A stretch of DNA of 64,000 bases, taken from NCBI GenBank assembly GCA_949289155.1, contig CASEMX010000013.1:39065-103064 (forward strand), in the 5' to 3' direction. Both the position numbers and the translations under genes were made by a program. This document shows positions 50,445-60,919 of this stretch, piece by piece. The stretch comes from an uncultured Parabacteroides sp. (GTDB taxonomy: Bacteria; Bacteroidota; Bacteroidia; Bacteroidales; Tannerellaceae). The notes beneath the pieces were generated by a model. It was not told the origin of the DNA. It saw only the letters and a list, made by a program, of their open reading frames with translations, and did no database searches. The first letter of the stretch is position 1. Each line of letters opens with the position of its first letter.

Positions 50445-50981
50445 ATGCATTGGTTAGACATTCTCCTGCTGTGTCTGGCTGGATTCGGGTTTGTGAAAGG
50501 CCTGTTTGATGGAGTCATCAGGCAGGTTGTTTCGCTTATAGCCCTAGTAGCAGCTATCTTTTGCTGCGCTCAAGTAGCCGATTGGCTGCGCGGCTATATT
50601 TTGGAATTAGGTTGGTTCCCGGAATACGGAGTTACGGTATTGAGTTATATTTTAGGATTCATGCTGATAATCGGTGTACTGAAATTAGTTGGAGACGCCA
50701 TGAGCAAGCTGATCGGCGTGACACCATTAAGTCTCCTCAACCATTTACTGGGTGGCGTATTTGGTCTCATGTTCATGATGTTTTTCCTGAGTTTAACACT
50801 GAATGTTTTAGAGTATATCGATCGAGGTTCGCTACTGATTCCTCGAGAAGCAAAAGTAGAATCGAAATTTTACACCTCCGTTAAACAAATCGTCCCAACC
50901 ATTTTTCCATCCAACTTGTTTAGTGATATACAAGCAGACGAGCAAATAAAAGAACAGGTAGATAAGCTGGTTCAGCCATAA
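50445..50981 (+). CDS. cvpA: CvpA (colicin V production) family membrane protein
   Basis: LDILLL..G..KGLFDG and LNHLLGGVFG motifs; follows infB. Confidence 0.8.
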   Translation: MHWLDILLLCLAGFGFVKGLFDGVIRQVVSLIALVAAIFCCAQVADWLRGYILELGWFPEYGVTVLSYILGFMLIIGVLKLVGDAMSKLIGVTPLSLLNHLLGGVFGLMFMMFFLSLTLNVLEYIDRGSLLIPREAKVESKFYTSVKQIVPTIFPSNLFSDIQADEQIKEQVDKLVQP

Positions 50982-51034
50982 ATGCCGTCGGCTTGTCTGT
51001 TTGTTGATAACCTATTATAAAATTATTAATAGAA

Positions 51035-52480
51035 ATGCAAGATTCAAGAAATGTATTAGACGAAGTCACGAAAGGCGACTACAAGTACGGTTTCGTGACG
51101 GATATAGATACCGATGTCATCCATCGGGGGCTGGACGAAGAGACCATCCGCCTCATCTCTGCCAAAAAGAACGAGCCGGCATGGCTTTTGGAATTCCGCC
51201 TCAAGGCGTTCCGCTATTGGCAGACGATGGAGATGCCGGATTGGGCGCTCCTTCGGATTCCCCCAATCGATTACCAGGACATCATCTATTATGCCGCCCC
51301 TAAAAAGAAAGAAGGGCCGAAGAGCATGGACGAGGTGGACCCCGAATTGCTCAAGACGTTCGACAAGCTGGGCATTCCGCTCGAAGAGCAGAAGGTACTG
51401 AGCGGCATGGCGGTCGATGCCGTCATGGACAGCGTCTCCGTCAAGACGACCTTCAAAGAGAACCTGGCCGAAAAGGGCATCATCTTCTGCTCTTTCAGCG
51501 AGGCGGTGCAACATCATCCCGATTTGGTGCAGAAGTACTTGGGGAGCGTCGTCAGCTACCGCGACAACTTCTTCGCGGCGCTCAACTCGGCAGTCTTCTC
51601 CGACGGTTCGTTCATCTACATCCCGAAGGGCGTGCGTTGCCCCATGGAGCTTTCGACCTATTTCCGCATCAATGCGCAGAACACGGGGCAGTTCGAGCGG
51701 ACGCTCATCGTGGCAGACGACGAATCGTACGTCTCGTACCTCGAAGGGTGCACCGCGCCGATGCGCGACGAGAACCAGCTCCATGCTGCCATCGTCGAAA
51801 TCATCGCCCACGACCATGCCGAAGTGAAATACTCGACCGTGCAGAACTGGTATCCGGGAGACAAGGACGGCAAGGGCGGCATTTACAACTTCGTCACGAA
51901 ACGCGGCCTCTGCAAGGGCGAAGGCAGCAAGATTTCGTGGACGCAGGTGGAGACCGGCTCGGCCATTACGTGGAAATATCCGAGCTGTATCCTCGCAGGC
52001 GACAATTCCGTCGGCGAGTTCTACTCCGTCGCCGTGACGAACAATTACCAGCAAGCCGATACGGGCACGAAGATGATTCATTTGGGAAAAAATACGCGCA
52101 GTACGATTGTTTCGAAGGGCATCTCCGCCGGGCATAGCCAGAACAGCTACCGCGGGTTGGTGAAGGTGTCGCCCCGTGCGGAAGGCGCGCGCAACCACAG
52201 CCAGTGCGACAGCCTCCTGCTCAGCCCCACGTGCGGTGCGCACACGTTCCCGTATGCCGACATCCAAAACGAGACGGCAATCGTAGAACACGAGGCGACA
52301 ACCAGTAAAATCAGTGAAGAGCAGCTCTTTTACTGTCAGCAACGCGGCATCTCGACCGAAGAGGCCGTGGGGTTGATTGTCAACGGTTATGCCCGCGAGG
52401 TAATGAACAAGCTCCCGATGGAATTTGCGGTCGAGGCGCAGAAGCTCCTCAGCATCTCGCTCGAAGGAAGTGTAGGATAA
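51035..52480 (+). CDS. sufB: Fe-S cluster assembly protein SufB
   Basis: [27 protein letters not shown] and EHEATTSKI motifs. Confidence 0.97.
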   Translation: MQDSRNVLDEVTKGDYKYGFVTDIDTDVIHRGLDEETIRLISAKKNEPAWLLEFRLKAFRYWQTMEMPDWALLRIPPIDYQDIIYYAAPKKKEGPKSMDEVDPELLKTFDKLGIPLEEQKVLSGMAVDAVMDSVSVKTTFKENLAEKGIIFCSFSEAVQHHPDLVQKYLGSVVSYRDNFFAALNSAVFSDGSFIYIPKGVRCPMELSTYFRINAQNTGQFERTLIVADDESYVSYLEGCTAPMRDENQLHAAIVEIIAHDHAEVKYSTVQNWYPGDKDGKGGIYNFVTKRGLCKGEGSKISWTQVETGSAITWKYPSCILAGDNSVGEFYSVAVTNNYQQADTGTKMIHLGKNTRSTIVSKGISAGHSQNSYRGLVKVSPRAEGARNHSQCDSLLLSPTCGAHTFPYADIQNETAIVEHEATTSKISEEQLFYCQQRGISTEEAVGLIVNGYAREVMNKLPMEFAVEAQKLLSISLEGSVG

Positions 52481-52492
52481 TCTTGCTGGTAG

Positions 52493-52680
52493 GAAATTAG
52501 CTCCCCGCAACGAGAGGAACAAATTTCCGAGCAGAAATTAGCTCCCCGCAACGAGAGGAACAAATTTCCGAGCAGAAATTGCCTCCCCGCAACGAGAGGA
52601 ACAAATTTCCGAGCAGAAATTGCCTCCCCGCAACGAGAGGGAAATTGCCTCCCCGCAACAAGAGGAATAAATTTCCGGCT
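52493..52680. repeat. 41-bp tandem array (~4.5 units) between sufB and sufC
   Basis: GAAATTagCTCCCCGCAACGAGAGGAACAAATTTCCGAGCA at 52493, 52534, 52575, 52616 (truncated to 25 bp) and 52641. Confidence 0.9.
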
Positions 52681-52799
52681 CTTTGAGTTTTTGCTGGATA
52701 TGTGGGACGAAAGTCTCGACCGGCGATTGAACGAACGGACATTATATCCGTAGAAAGAAAGGAATAAAAGGACAAAAACAATATAGGTTAAAGAATAGT

Positions 52800-53549
52800 A
52801 TGTTAGAGATAAAGAACTTACATGCCAGCATCAATGGCAAGGAGATATTGAAAGGCATCGACCTCTCGGTGAAAGCAGGCGAGGTGCATGCCATCATGGG
52901 GCCGAACGGCTCGGGGAAAAGCACGCTCAGCAGCGTGTTGGTAGGTAATCCGGCCTTTACGGTGACGGAAGGCGAGGTGACGTTCAACGGCAAAGACCTG
53001 CTCGCGCTCTCGCCCGAAGACCGCAGCCGCGAAGGGCTCTTCCTGAGTTTCCAATACCCGGTCGAGATTCCGGGCGTGAGCATGGTGAACTTCATGCGCG
53101 CGGCGGTGAATGCCCATCGCGAGTACAAGGGTCTCCCACCCGTCTCGGCCACGGACTTCCTGAAGCTGATGCGCGAGAAGCGGGCTATCGTCGAATTGGA
53201 CAACAAATTGGCAAGCCGCAGCGTGAACGAAGGATTCTCAGGCGGGGAAAAGAAGCGCAACGAAATCTTCCAGATGGCCATGCTCGAACCGAAGCTCTCC
53301 ATCTTGGACGAAACAGACTCCGGACTGGACATCGACGCCCTCCGCATCGTGGCCAGCGGCGTGAACAAACTGAAGCGTGCCGACAACGCGACCATCGTCA
53401 TCACGCACTACCAGCGCCTCCTGGATTACATCAAGCCGGACATCGTGCACGTATTATATAAAGGTAGAATCGTAAAGACCGCCGGGCCGGAACTCGCCCT
53501 CGAGCTGGAAGAACGCGGCTACGATTGGATTAAGAAGGAATTTGAATAA
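52800..53549 (+). CDS. sufC: Fe-S cluster assembly ATPase SufC
   Basis: GPNGSGKS, FSGGEKKRNE and LDETDSGLDID motifs. Confidence 0.97.
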   Translation: MLEIKNLHASINGKEILKGIDLSVKAGEVHAIMGPNGSGKSTLSSVLVGNPAFTVTEGEVTFNGKDLLALSPEDRSREGLFLSFQYPVEIPGVSMVNFMRAAVNAHREYKGLPPVSATDFLKLMREKRAIVELDNKLASRSVNEGFSGGEKKRNEIFQMAMLEPKLSILDETDSGLDIDALRIVASGVNKLKRADNATIVITHYQRLLDYIKPDIVHVLYKGRIVKTAGPELALELEERGYDWIKKEFE

Positions 53550-53551
53550 GT

Positions 53552-54895
53552 ATGAAAGCTGAACAACAATACATAGACCTATTCTCCCAATGCGAGGATT
53601 TGATTTGCCGTAAGAGCGCGCCGGCGCTGAATGCACTCCGGGCAGAGGCATTTGCCGATTTCGAGCGGCTGGGATTTCCTTCGCTCAAAGGGGAAGATTA
53701 TAAATACACCGACGTGGCGAGGGCGTTTGCTCCCGACTACGGACTGAACCTGAACCGGCTGGAGATTCCGGTGAATCCCTACGACGTATTCCGGTGCGAC
53801 GTGCCGAACCTCAGCACTTCGTTGTATTTCGTGGTGAACGATATGTTCTATAATAAAGAACTTCCGAAGGCGCATCTGCCGGAAGGCGTATATGCCGGAG
53901 GACTGGCTGACTTCGCCACAGCCTATCCGGAAGTGGCTGCCCGCTATTATGGCAAAGCGGCCGCGATGCAGGGAAATGCAATGGTCGCCCTCAACACGAT
54001 GCTGGCGCAAGACGGCTTTGTGCTTTACGTCCCGAAAGACACAACAGTGGAGCGTCCCATCCAGCTGGTGAATATCTTCCGGAGCGATGTCGACACGATG
54101 GCCAACCGCCGCATCCTTTTCATCGTGGAAGAGAATGCCGAAGCGAAGCTCCTCGTCTGCGACCATAGCATCGACGATGTGAAGTTCCTTGCAAACCAAG
54201 TCATCGAGATTTTCGCCGAAGCCAATGCACACGTAGATTATTACGACTTGGAGGAGAGCAGCGTATCGACCACCCGCTTCTCTTCGCTTTACGTCAAGCA
54301 GGCGGCGGGCTCGAACGTAGTGGTCAATGGCATTACCCTGACAAACGGACTGACGCGCAACAACTATCATGTCTCGTTGGAAGGCGAAGGGGCAGAGATT
54401 TCGCTCTGCGGCATGTCCGTATTGGACAAAGAGCAGCAGCTGGATACCTATTCGCTCGTAACGCACCACGTCCCGCGCTGCACCTGCAACGAACTCTTCA
54501 AGAATGTCCTGAACGACCATGCCGTCGGTGCATTCAGCGGACGCATCCTCGTAAAGCAGGGAGCCGACAAGACGGAGGCTTATCAAACAAACCGCAACCT
54601 CTGTGCAACGCGCGAATGCCGCATGTATAGCAAGCCGCAGTTGGAAATCTATGCCGACGACGTCAAATGCTCGCACGGCATGACGACAGGCCAGCTGGAC
54701 GAAAACGCCTTGTTCTACATGCAAAGCCGAGGAATCCCGCGTGACGAGGCGCAGATGTTGCTGAGCGTGGCATTTACATCCGACGTCATCGACCATATCC
54801 GCGTAGAGGCGTTGAAAGACCGCCTGCATAAGTTGGTCGAGAAACGTTTCCGTGGAGAATTGGCCAAATGCGCCGGTTGCCGAATCTGCAACTAA
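53552..54895 (+). CDS. sufD: Fe-S cluster assembly protein SufD
   Basis: KPQLEIYADDVKCSHG and LFYMQSRGI motifs; follows sufC. Confidence 0.95.
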   Translation: MKAEQQYIDLFSQCEDLICRKSAPALNALRAEAFADFERLGFPSLKGEDYKYTDVARAFAPDYGLNLNRLEIPVNPYDVFRCDVPNLSTSLYFVVNDMFYNKELPKAHLPEGVYAGGLADFATAYPEVAARYYGKAAAMQGNAMVALNTMLAQDGFVLYVPKDTTVERPIQLVNIFRSDVDTMANRRILFIVEENAEAKLLVCDHSIDDVKFLANQVIEIFAEANAHVDYYDLEESSVSTTRFSSLYVKQAAGSNVVVNGITLTNGLTRNNYHVSLEGEGAEISLCGMSVLDKEQQLDTYSLVTHHVPRCTCNELFKNVLNDHAVGAFSGRILVKQGADKTEAYQTNRNLCATRECRMYSKPQLEIYADDVKCSHGMTTGQLDENALFYMQSRGIPRDEAQMLLSVAFTSDVIDHIRVEALKDRLHKLVEKRFRGELAKCAGCRICN

Positions 54896-54945
54896 TTGTG
54901 ACAAAAACGAAACGCCGCTGTCATACGATTGTAACATCGGTCATC

Positions 54946-55042
54946 TATTTTTGCATCGAACAAGTTTAAGGAAGTTTTCCTTTAATATTTCTAATCTAAG
55001 GAGCCATTATCTCGAAAGCGTAGTAGAGGTAATGGCTTTTTT
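54946..55042 (+). ncRNA. Candidate small RNA (promoter -7 element plus ~85-nt transcript and terminator); alternatively just the suf terminator
   Basis: TATTTTTG at 54946-54953, hairpin TTAAGGAA-GTT-TTCCTTTAA, then AGCCATTATCTC..GAGGTAATGGCT and T6. Confidence 0.35.
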
Positions 55043-55190
55043 CATGCCTTCCTCTTGCCTCCTATCCCCGTTCCAAACATTCCACTTCCGGCAGATAAGC
55101 GTCCAAATGTTAGGCTGCCTCAGAGTAATCTGAGTGTGAGCAGATTGGATAAAATCAGCACATAGGGGACGCCGACTCAGCTCAAAGGAT

Positions 55191-55339
55191 AGGAATCAGT
55201 GCCAGTGATTATAGGAATCACTGGCACTGATTATAGGAATAGGTAGTACTGATTGTGGGAATAGGTAGTACTGATTGTAGGAATAGGTAGTACTGATTGT
55301 AGGAATAGGTAGTACCGATTGTGGGAATAGGTACTACCT
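55191..55339. repeat. 22-bp tandem array x7 (rGGAAT-core-ATTrT) with inverted cores
   Basis: rGGAAT at 55191, 55213, 55235, 55257, 55279, 55301 and 55323. Confidence 0.9.
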
Positions 55340-55573
55340 TTTCTTTATCAATGTAGCTGCATCCCCTCTCTTTGTCCGTTGTTTCATAGGATAAGCCTGC
55401 TCTCAACATCTGCTTAACGTTTGCAATATGCCGACCTTCGGGAGTTTATCTTGGAAGATTCCCTCTATCTGTCAGATTCGTTTTATTATTTATAGGATTA
55501 TTTTTGTTCTAACTCAATTCATAAATACTTATTTATTTCTACCTTTGCGTTGACAGATTAGTTTTTATAATAT

Positions 55574-56470
55574 ATGAAGAAGATTAGAGCTGCCATCGTT
55601 GGTTATGGCAATATCGGAAAGTATGTATTGGAGGCATTGGAGACAGCGCCAGATTTTGAAGTTGCAGGTGTAATTCGTCGCGACCCGACCAATGTTCCTG
55701 CTGAATTAAAGGATATTCCTGTGGTAGATAGCATCACAAAATTGGAAAATGTGGATGTGGCTGTACTGGCTACGCCGACGCGCCAAGTAGAACACTTCGC
55801 AAAAGAAATCCTTGCGTTGGGTATTAATACGGTAGATAGCTTCGATATCCACGGCGGAATCGCTGACTTGCGCAATTCATTGGATGCCGTTGCGAAAGCA
55901 CACAACGCTGTATCGGTTATCTCTGCAGGCTGGGACCCGGGAAGTGACTCGGTAGTACGCGCATTATTGGAAGCAATGGTTCCGAAAGGAATCACTTATA
56001 CCAATTTCGGACCGGGCATGAGCATGGGACATACCGTAGCCGTAAAAGCAATCGAAGGAGTAAAGGCGGCATTGAGCATGACGATTCCTTTAGGCACAGG
56101 TGTTCATCGCCGCATGGTATATATCGAAGTAAAGGAGGGATACGATTTCAAACAGGTAGCCGCAGCCATCAAAGCCGACGATTACTTTGCCCATGACGAG
56201 ACGCACGTCATCCAGGTAGAATCGGTAGATGCCCTGAAAGATATGGGACATGGCGTGAACTTAGTGCGCAAAGGCGTGTCAGGAAAGACGCAAAATCAGC
56301 TGATTGAGTTCGATATGAAGATTAATAATCCGGCTCTGACTGCCCAGATTCTGGTATCTGTCGCTCGCGCCAGCATGAAGCAACAGCCGGGTGCTTATAC
56401 GATGATTGAATTGCCGATTATCGATATGCTGTACGGCGAACGCGACGCGCTTATTCGGAGATTGGTTTAA
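55574..56470 (+). CDS. ddh: meso-Diaminopimelate D-dehydrogenase
   Basis: GYGNIG, NTVDSFDIH, AGWDPG and FGPGMSMGH motifs; TACCTTTG promoter at 55540-55547. Confidence 0.93.
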   Translation: MKKIRAAIVGYGNIGKYVLEALETAPDFEVAGVIRRDPTNVPAELKDIPVVDSITKLENVDVAVLATPTRQVEHFAKEILALGINTVDSFDIHGGIADLRNSLDAVAKAHNAVSVISAGWDPGSDSVVRALLEAMVPKGITYTNFGPGMSMGHTVAVKAIEGVKAALSMTIPLGTGVHRRMVYIEVKEGYDFKQVAAAIKADDYFAHDETHVIQVESVDALKDMGHGVNLVRKGVSGKTQNQLIEFDMKINNPALTAQILVSVARASMKQQPGAYTMIELPIIDMLYGERDALIRRLV

Positions 56471-56473
56471 CTT

Positions 56474-56550
56474 AATTGAAAATTGAAAGTTGAGAATTGA
56501 AAATTAAAGTAATGTTTCCCTTTTCAACTTTCAATTTTCAATTTTCAATT
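56474..56550. repeat. Heptamer-repeat hairpin (AATTGAA)n/(TTCAATT)n
   Basis: About four direct 7-mers followed by about four complementary ones, between ddh and lgt. Confidence 0.85.
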
Positions 56551-56558
56551 TAAGAAGT

Positions 56559-57383
56559 ATGTTGGATTTTATCACTTGGACGGCCGACCCTGAGCTGTTT
56601 CATATTGGCCCGCGTGAAATCCGCTGGTATGGTTTGGCTTTTGTGTTAGGTTTCTGGATAGGTTACCTGATTGTCCAGAAAATGTGGAAGCAGGAAAAGC
56701 TGAATCCGGAATGGATTGACTCGCTTTTAATCTATACATTATTAGGAACAGCCATCGGTGCGCGATTAGGACACTGTCTGTTTTATGCGCCGGATTATTA
56801 TTTAGCTAATCCAATTGAAATCCTGAAGATATGGGAAGGCGGACTTGCCAGCCATGGGGGGACATTGGGTATCATCATTGCCATTTACATTTATTCCAAA
56901 CGGGTTACGCATAAAAGTATGCTTTGGACATTCGACAAGCTGGTCGTTCCGACCGGATTGGTTGCGGCGATGATTCGTTTGGGCAATCTGATGAACCACG
57001 AGATTTACGGACATCCGACAGATTTGCCTTGGGCTTTCCGATTCATTACGAACCTTCATCAATGGAAAGCCGGAGCCGAGCCGATATTCTCTGCACCAAG
57101 TCATCCGACGCAACTCTATGAAGCCGGATGCTATTTGCTGACTTTCTTCCTTTGTTCGTGGCTTTATTTCAAGAAAGAGGCTTGGAAGAAAGAGGGATTC
57201 ATTTTCGGCATCTTTATGATTTGTATATTCACAGCCCGATTCTTTATTGAGTTCTTAAAGAACGACCAAGAGGCATTCGAGGCGAATATGATATTAAATA
57301 TGGGCCAGCTTTTAAGCATTCCGTTCGTATTGGCGGGAATTTATTTCGTTTGGCGGGCACAAAAAAGAAGAATTGAAAACTAA
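56559..57383 (+). CDS. lgt: Prolipoprotein diacylglyceryl transferase
   Basis: IRWYG, GARLGHCLFY, GGLASHGG, RLGNLMNHE and HPTQLYE motifs. Confidence 0.95.
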   Translation: MLDFITWTADPELFHIGPREIRWYGLAFVLGFWIGYLIVQKMWKQEKLNPEWIDSLLIYTLLGTAIGARLGHCLFYAPDYYLANPIEILKIWEGGLASHGGTLGIIIAIYIYSKRVTHKSMLWTFDKLVVPTGLVAAMIRLGNLMNHEIYGHPTDLPWAFRFITNLHQWKAGAEPIFSAPSHPTQLYEAGCYLLTFFLCSWLYFKKEAWKKEGFIFGIFMICIFTARFFIEFLKNDQEAFEANMILNMGQLLSIPFVLAGIYFVWRAQKRRIEN

Positions 57384-57469
57384 AAATTGAAAATCAAAAA
57401 TTAAGAACCGAGAGTAAAGATAACGCGCTTATTCTTTATTCTTCCTTCTTAATTCTTCATTCATAATTC
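57371..57469. repeat. Degenerate heptamer repeats at the lgt/fprA junction
   Basis: AATTGAA-like units followed by TTCTTxA-like units. Confidence 0.55.
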
Positions 57470-57476
57470 GAAGATT

Positions 57477-58670
57477 ATGTATAGACTAAAAGAAATTGCA
57501 GACAAAGTTTATTACGTTGGCGTGAACGACCGCCAGAAGGTTTTGTTCGAAAATATGTGGCCTTTGCCTTATGGCGTTTCTTATAACTCTTATCTAATAG
57601 CGGACGAGAAAACGGTATTGGTGGATACAGTCGATGTTTGCTATGCGGATATTTACCTGAAGAAGATAGAGGATGCGCTAAAGGGCCGTCCGTTGGATTA
57701 TTTAATCGTAAACCATATGGAACCGGACCATTCGGGGAGCATTCGTCTGCTGCGCCAGCAATATCCTAATGTACAAATCGTCGGGAATAAACGTACCTTT
57801 GATATGCTGGAGGGATATCATGGGATTACGACCGGACTGTTAGAGGTAAAGGATGGAGACATCCTTGAAATCGGTCACCATAAGCTGGCCTTTTATTTGG
57901 CTCCAATGGTCCATTGGCCGGAAGTAATGGTGACTTATGATATGACAGATAAGATTTTATTCTCTGCCGATGCCTTCGGTACATTCGGCACATTAGACGG
58001 AGGAGTCATCGATACAGAACTGAACTTGGACCATTTCTGGGAAGAGATGCGTCGCTACTACTCCAATATCGTAGGCAAATACGGAAATCCAGTTCAAAAA
58101 GCATTGCAGAAACTGTCCGGTTTGGATATTCAAACGATTTGTTCGACACACGGACCGGTATGGACTGCCCATATTCCGGAGGTCATCAAGATTTATGACG
58201 AATTAAGTCGTTACGAAGGGCAGGATGGTGTCGTCATCGTTTACGGAAGCATGTACGGAAATACGGAACAAATGGCAGAGGCTATCGCATCTTCGCTTTC
58301 GGCGCATGGCGTAAAGAACATCGTTATGCACAACGCCAGCAAAAGTCATTCGTCCTATATCATTAAAGATATGTTCAAATACAAAGCCGTAATCATCGGT
58401 TGCCCGACCTATTGCAATCAGCTTTATCCGGAAATCGATTCGCTCTTACAGAAAATCGAAATACGCGAGTTGAAGAACCGTCTGTTCGGTTACTTCGGTT
58501 CATTCTCGTGGGCAGGCGCTGCCGTAAAACGTCTGGCTGCATTCGCAGAAAAAATGAACTGGACCGTCGTAGGCGAGCCGGTCGAGCAGAAACAGGGACT
58601 GAAGCAGGACAAATACGAAGCGTGCTGGGCTTTGGGCAAAGCAATGGCTGAGCAATTGAACAGCAAATAA
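57477..58670 (+). CDS. fprA: Flavodiiron protein (FprA-type)
   Basis: NHMEPDHSG, HWPE, SADAFG, HGP and YGSMYGNTE (flavodoxin) motifs. Confidence 0.92.
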   Translation: MYRLKEIADKVYYVGVNDRQKVLFENMWPLPYGVSYNSYLIADEKTVLVDTVDVCYADIYLKKIEDALKGRPLDYLIVNHMEPDHSGSIRLLRQQYPNVQIVGNKRTFDMLEGYHGITTGLLEVKDGDILEIGHHKLAFYLAPMVHWPEVMVTYDMTDKILFSADAFGTFGTLDGGVIDTELNLDHFWEEMRRYYSNIVGKYGNPVQKALQKLSGLDIQTICSTHGPVWTAHIPEVIKIYDELSRYEGQDGVVIVYGSMYGNTEQMAEAIASSLSAHGVKNIVMHNASKSHSSYIIKDMFKYKAVIIGCPTYCNQLYPEIDSLLQKIEIRELKNRLFGYFGSFSWAGAAVKRLAAFAEKMNWTVVGEPVEQKQGLKQDKYEACWALGKAMAEQLNSK

Positions 58671-58756
58671 CAAGCATTTAATAACCTCGAAGGATTATGG
58701 ATAGAAAAACAAAGCTTGGTAATCCTGTCCGAATCCTTCCTTAAACTATTATACTT

Positions 58757-59569
58757 ATGAGATTAATTATCGAACCGAATTACGAGCAGTTGTCTCAATG
58801 GGCAGCCAATTATGTTGCCGCCAAAATTAAAGCAGCCAATCCGACTGCCGAGAAACCTTTTATCTTAGGATTGCCCACCGGCTCATCGCCTTTAGGAATG
58901 TATAAGGCGTTAATCGAGCTGAATAAGAAAGGTGTCGTATCTTTCCAGAATGTTATTACCTTCAACATGGACGAATATGTAGGATTACCCAAAGAACATC
59001 CGGAAAGCTACCATTCTTTCATGTGGAATAACTTCTTCAGCCACATCGATATCAAGCCGGAGAACGTAAATATCCTGAATGGAAATGCTGAAGATATCGA
59101 GGCTGAATGTGCTGCATACGAAGCAAAAATGAAAGCTGTCGGAGGTGTCGATTTGTTCTTGGGCGGAATCGGGCCGGACGGACACATTGCGTTCAACGAA
59201 CCGGGCTCTTCGCTGGCTTCGCGTACCCGTATGAAGACATTGACAACAGATACAATCATTGCAAACTCTCGTTTCTTCGACAATGACGTCAACAAAGTTC
59301 CGAAAACTGCGGTTACTGTCGGCGTAGGTACGGTTTTGGATGCGAAAGAGGTGCTGATTATGGTGAACGGACATAACAAAGCACGCGCTTTGCAGCAAGC
59401 GGTCGAAGGCGCTGTCAATCAGATGTGGACAATCACTGCTCTGCAGCTCCATCCGAAAGGCATTATCGTTTGCGATGACGCAGCTTGTGCAGAATTGAAG
59501 GTTGGAACGTACAATTATTTCAAAGATATCGAGAAAGACCATCTTTGTCCTTGCTCGCTGCTGAAATAA
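58757..59569 (+). CDS. nagB: Glucosamine-6-phosphate deaminase
   Basis: [15 protein letters not shown] and [14 protein letters not shown] motifs. Confidence 0.97.
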   Translation: MRLIIEPNYEQLSQWAANYVAAKIKAANPTAEKPFILGLPTGSSPLGMYKALIELNKKGVVSFQNVITFNMDEYVGLPKEHPESYHSFMWNNFFSHIDIKPENVNILNGNAEDIEAECAAYEAKMKAVGGVDLFLGGIGPDGHIAFNEPGSSLASRTRMKTLTTDTIIANSRFFDNDVNKVPKTAVTVGVGTVLDAKEVLIMVNGHNKARALQQAVEGAVNQMWTITALQLHPKGIIVCDDAACAELKVGTYNYFKDIEKDHLCPCSLLK

Positions 59570-59598
59570 ATCGGAAATAAAACGGATTTAAAGTCGTT

Positions 59599-59656
59599 CG
59601 GCACAGATTGCACTTACCCGGAAAGGCAGTGCAGTTTGTGCCGGACTTTTTTTATT
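59599..59656 (+). terminator. Hairpin/terminator between convergent nagB and the NamZ-like gene
   Basis: CGGCACAGATTGCACT ... AGTGCAGTTTGTGCCG followed by a T-run. Confidence 0.65.
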
Positions 59657-59676
59657 TACAGGCTTTCTACTCTTTT

Positions 59677-60852
59677 CTATTCTTCATACAGTAAATACTT
59701 TTTCCGCATGGCCTTATACGCATCCAAGTCCGATTGCCAGGAAGCGCGAATCTCCTCTTCGCTCAATCCTTCGATAATCTGCTTCCGAAGCTGGTCAGTC
59801 CCTGCCAACAAATCAAACCATTTTTCGCGGGAAAAGAAGAACTTGGCGTCGTTGCCCGATTTATGATAGAAATCCAACACAAACCGCAACGTCAATCCGC
59901 CTTCAAAAGGATATTCCTGCAGGTTCACCCCGTAACAGCATTTGTTCTTCTGCTGCGGATTCATATCGAAGCCCGGCAAAGAGGTCGGGGTAAAGGTATA
60001 ATCGCCGAACTTCTCGTCCGGATAACCAATCATCTGGAAAGGATGGTACGTCCCGCGGCCTATGCTGAAAGGAGTTGCCTCGAAAAAGCACAGCGAAGGA
60101 TACAGGCGGACGGACTGGTCGTTCGGAAGGTTAGGCGAAGGCTTGACCGGTAACCAATAAGGGTCGCCATGCTTCCAATTCAACATCGTCACAACCTGCA
60201 GCTTACAAGAATTCGCCCCGCTTTTCAGCCAGCCCTCTCCATTAATCATCCGGGCTAACTCGCCTACCGTCAGTCCATGCAGCAGCGGTATCGGGTCGGT
60301 CCCGACAAACGAACGGAATCCCGGCTTGCGTACCGGTCCATCCACAAAGTCGTTTGGGTTCGGGCGGTCCAATACGATAAACTCTTTCCCATTCTCGGCA
60401 CACGATTCCATCACATAGTGCATCGTACTGATATATGTGTAAAAGCGCGCGCCTACGTCCTGAATATCAAAGACAACTACGTCGATATTCTTCAGTTGCT
60501 TTGCCGTCGGAGCCTTCTGTTTTCCATAAATCGAGACTATCGGGACACCCGTACGCACATCCTTGCTGTCCGCTATCTCTGCTCCGGCATCTGCTGTCCC
60601 ACGAAAACCATGCTCCGGCGCAAATACACATTCGACCCGAATGCCCGCTTCTACCAAAGCATCCAACAAATGAAGCTGACGGTCATGCAAAACAGAGGTT
60701 TGATTGACCACCAATCCTACCCTCTTCCCTTCGAGCAGCGCCGTAACCTCATCCAACCGCTCTGCGCCCAATACAATCTCGGCACTCTTCTGCGCGACGG
60801 CCATCCCGACAAGGCAAAGCATAAAGCCAATAAATAAAACAATCTTTCTCAT
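59677..60852 (-). CDS. DUF1343 / exo-beta-N-acetylmuramidase NamZ family
   Basis: Signal peptide; FAPEHGFRG, DIQDVGARFYTY, LDRPNP, HGLTVGELA and PSPNLP motifs. Confidence 0.9.
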   Translation of the reverse strand: MRKIVLFIGFMLCLVGMAVAQKSAEIVLGAERLDEVTALLEGKRVGLVVNQTSVLHDRQLHLLDALVEAGIRVECVFAPEHGFRGTADAGAEIADSKDVRTGVPIVSIYGKQKAPTAKQLKNIDVVVFDIQDVGARFYTYISTMHYVMESCAENGKEFIVLDRPNPNDFVDGPVRKPGFRSFVGTDPIPLLHGLTVGELARMINGEGWLKSGANSCKLQVVTMLNWKHGDPYWLPVKPSPNLPNDQSVRLYPSLCFFEATPFSIGRGTYHPFQMIGYPDEKFGDYTFTPTSLPGFDMNPQQKNKCCYGVNLQEYPFEGGLTLRFVLDFYHKSGNDAKFFFSREKWFDLLAGTDQLRKQIIEGLSEEEIRASWQSDLDAYKAMRKKYLLYEE

Positions 60853-60919
60853 GGTTCATTGTAAATAGATGATTAAGACAAAGGTAATACTTTCTGATTT
60901 ACTTCGCTCTTTTCTCTTG

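Noticed and set aside
51056-54937. Long antisense ORFs opposite sufB and sufD (and similar ones opposite glgB, aspC, dcp, rodA)
   Set aside because: Shadow frames of GC-rich conserved genes with no recognisable motifs.
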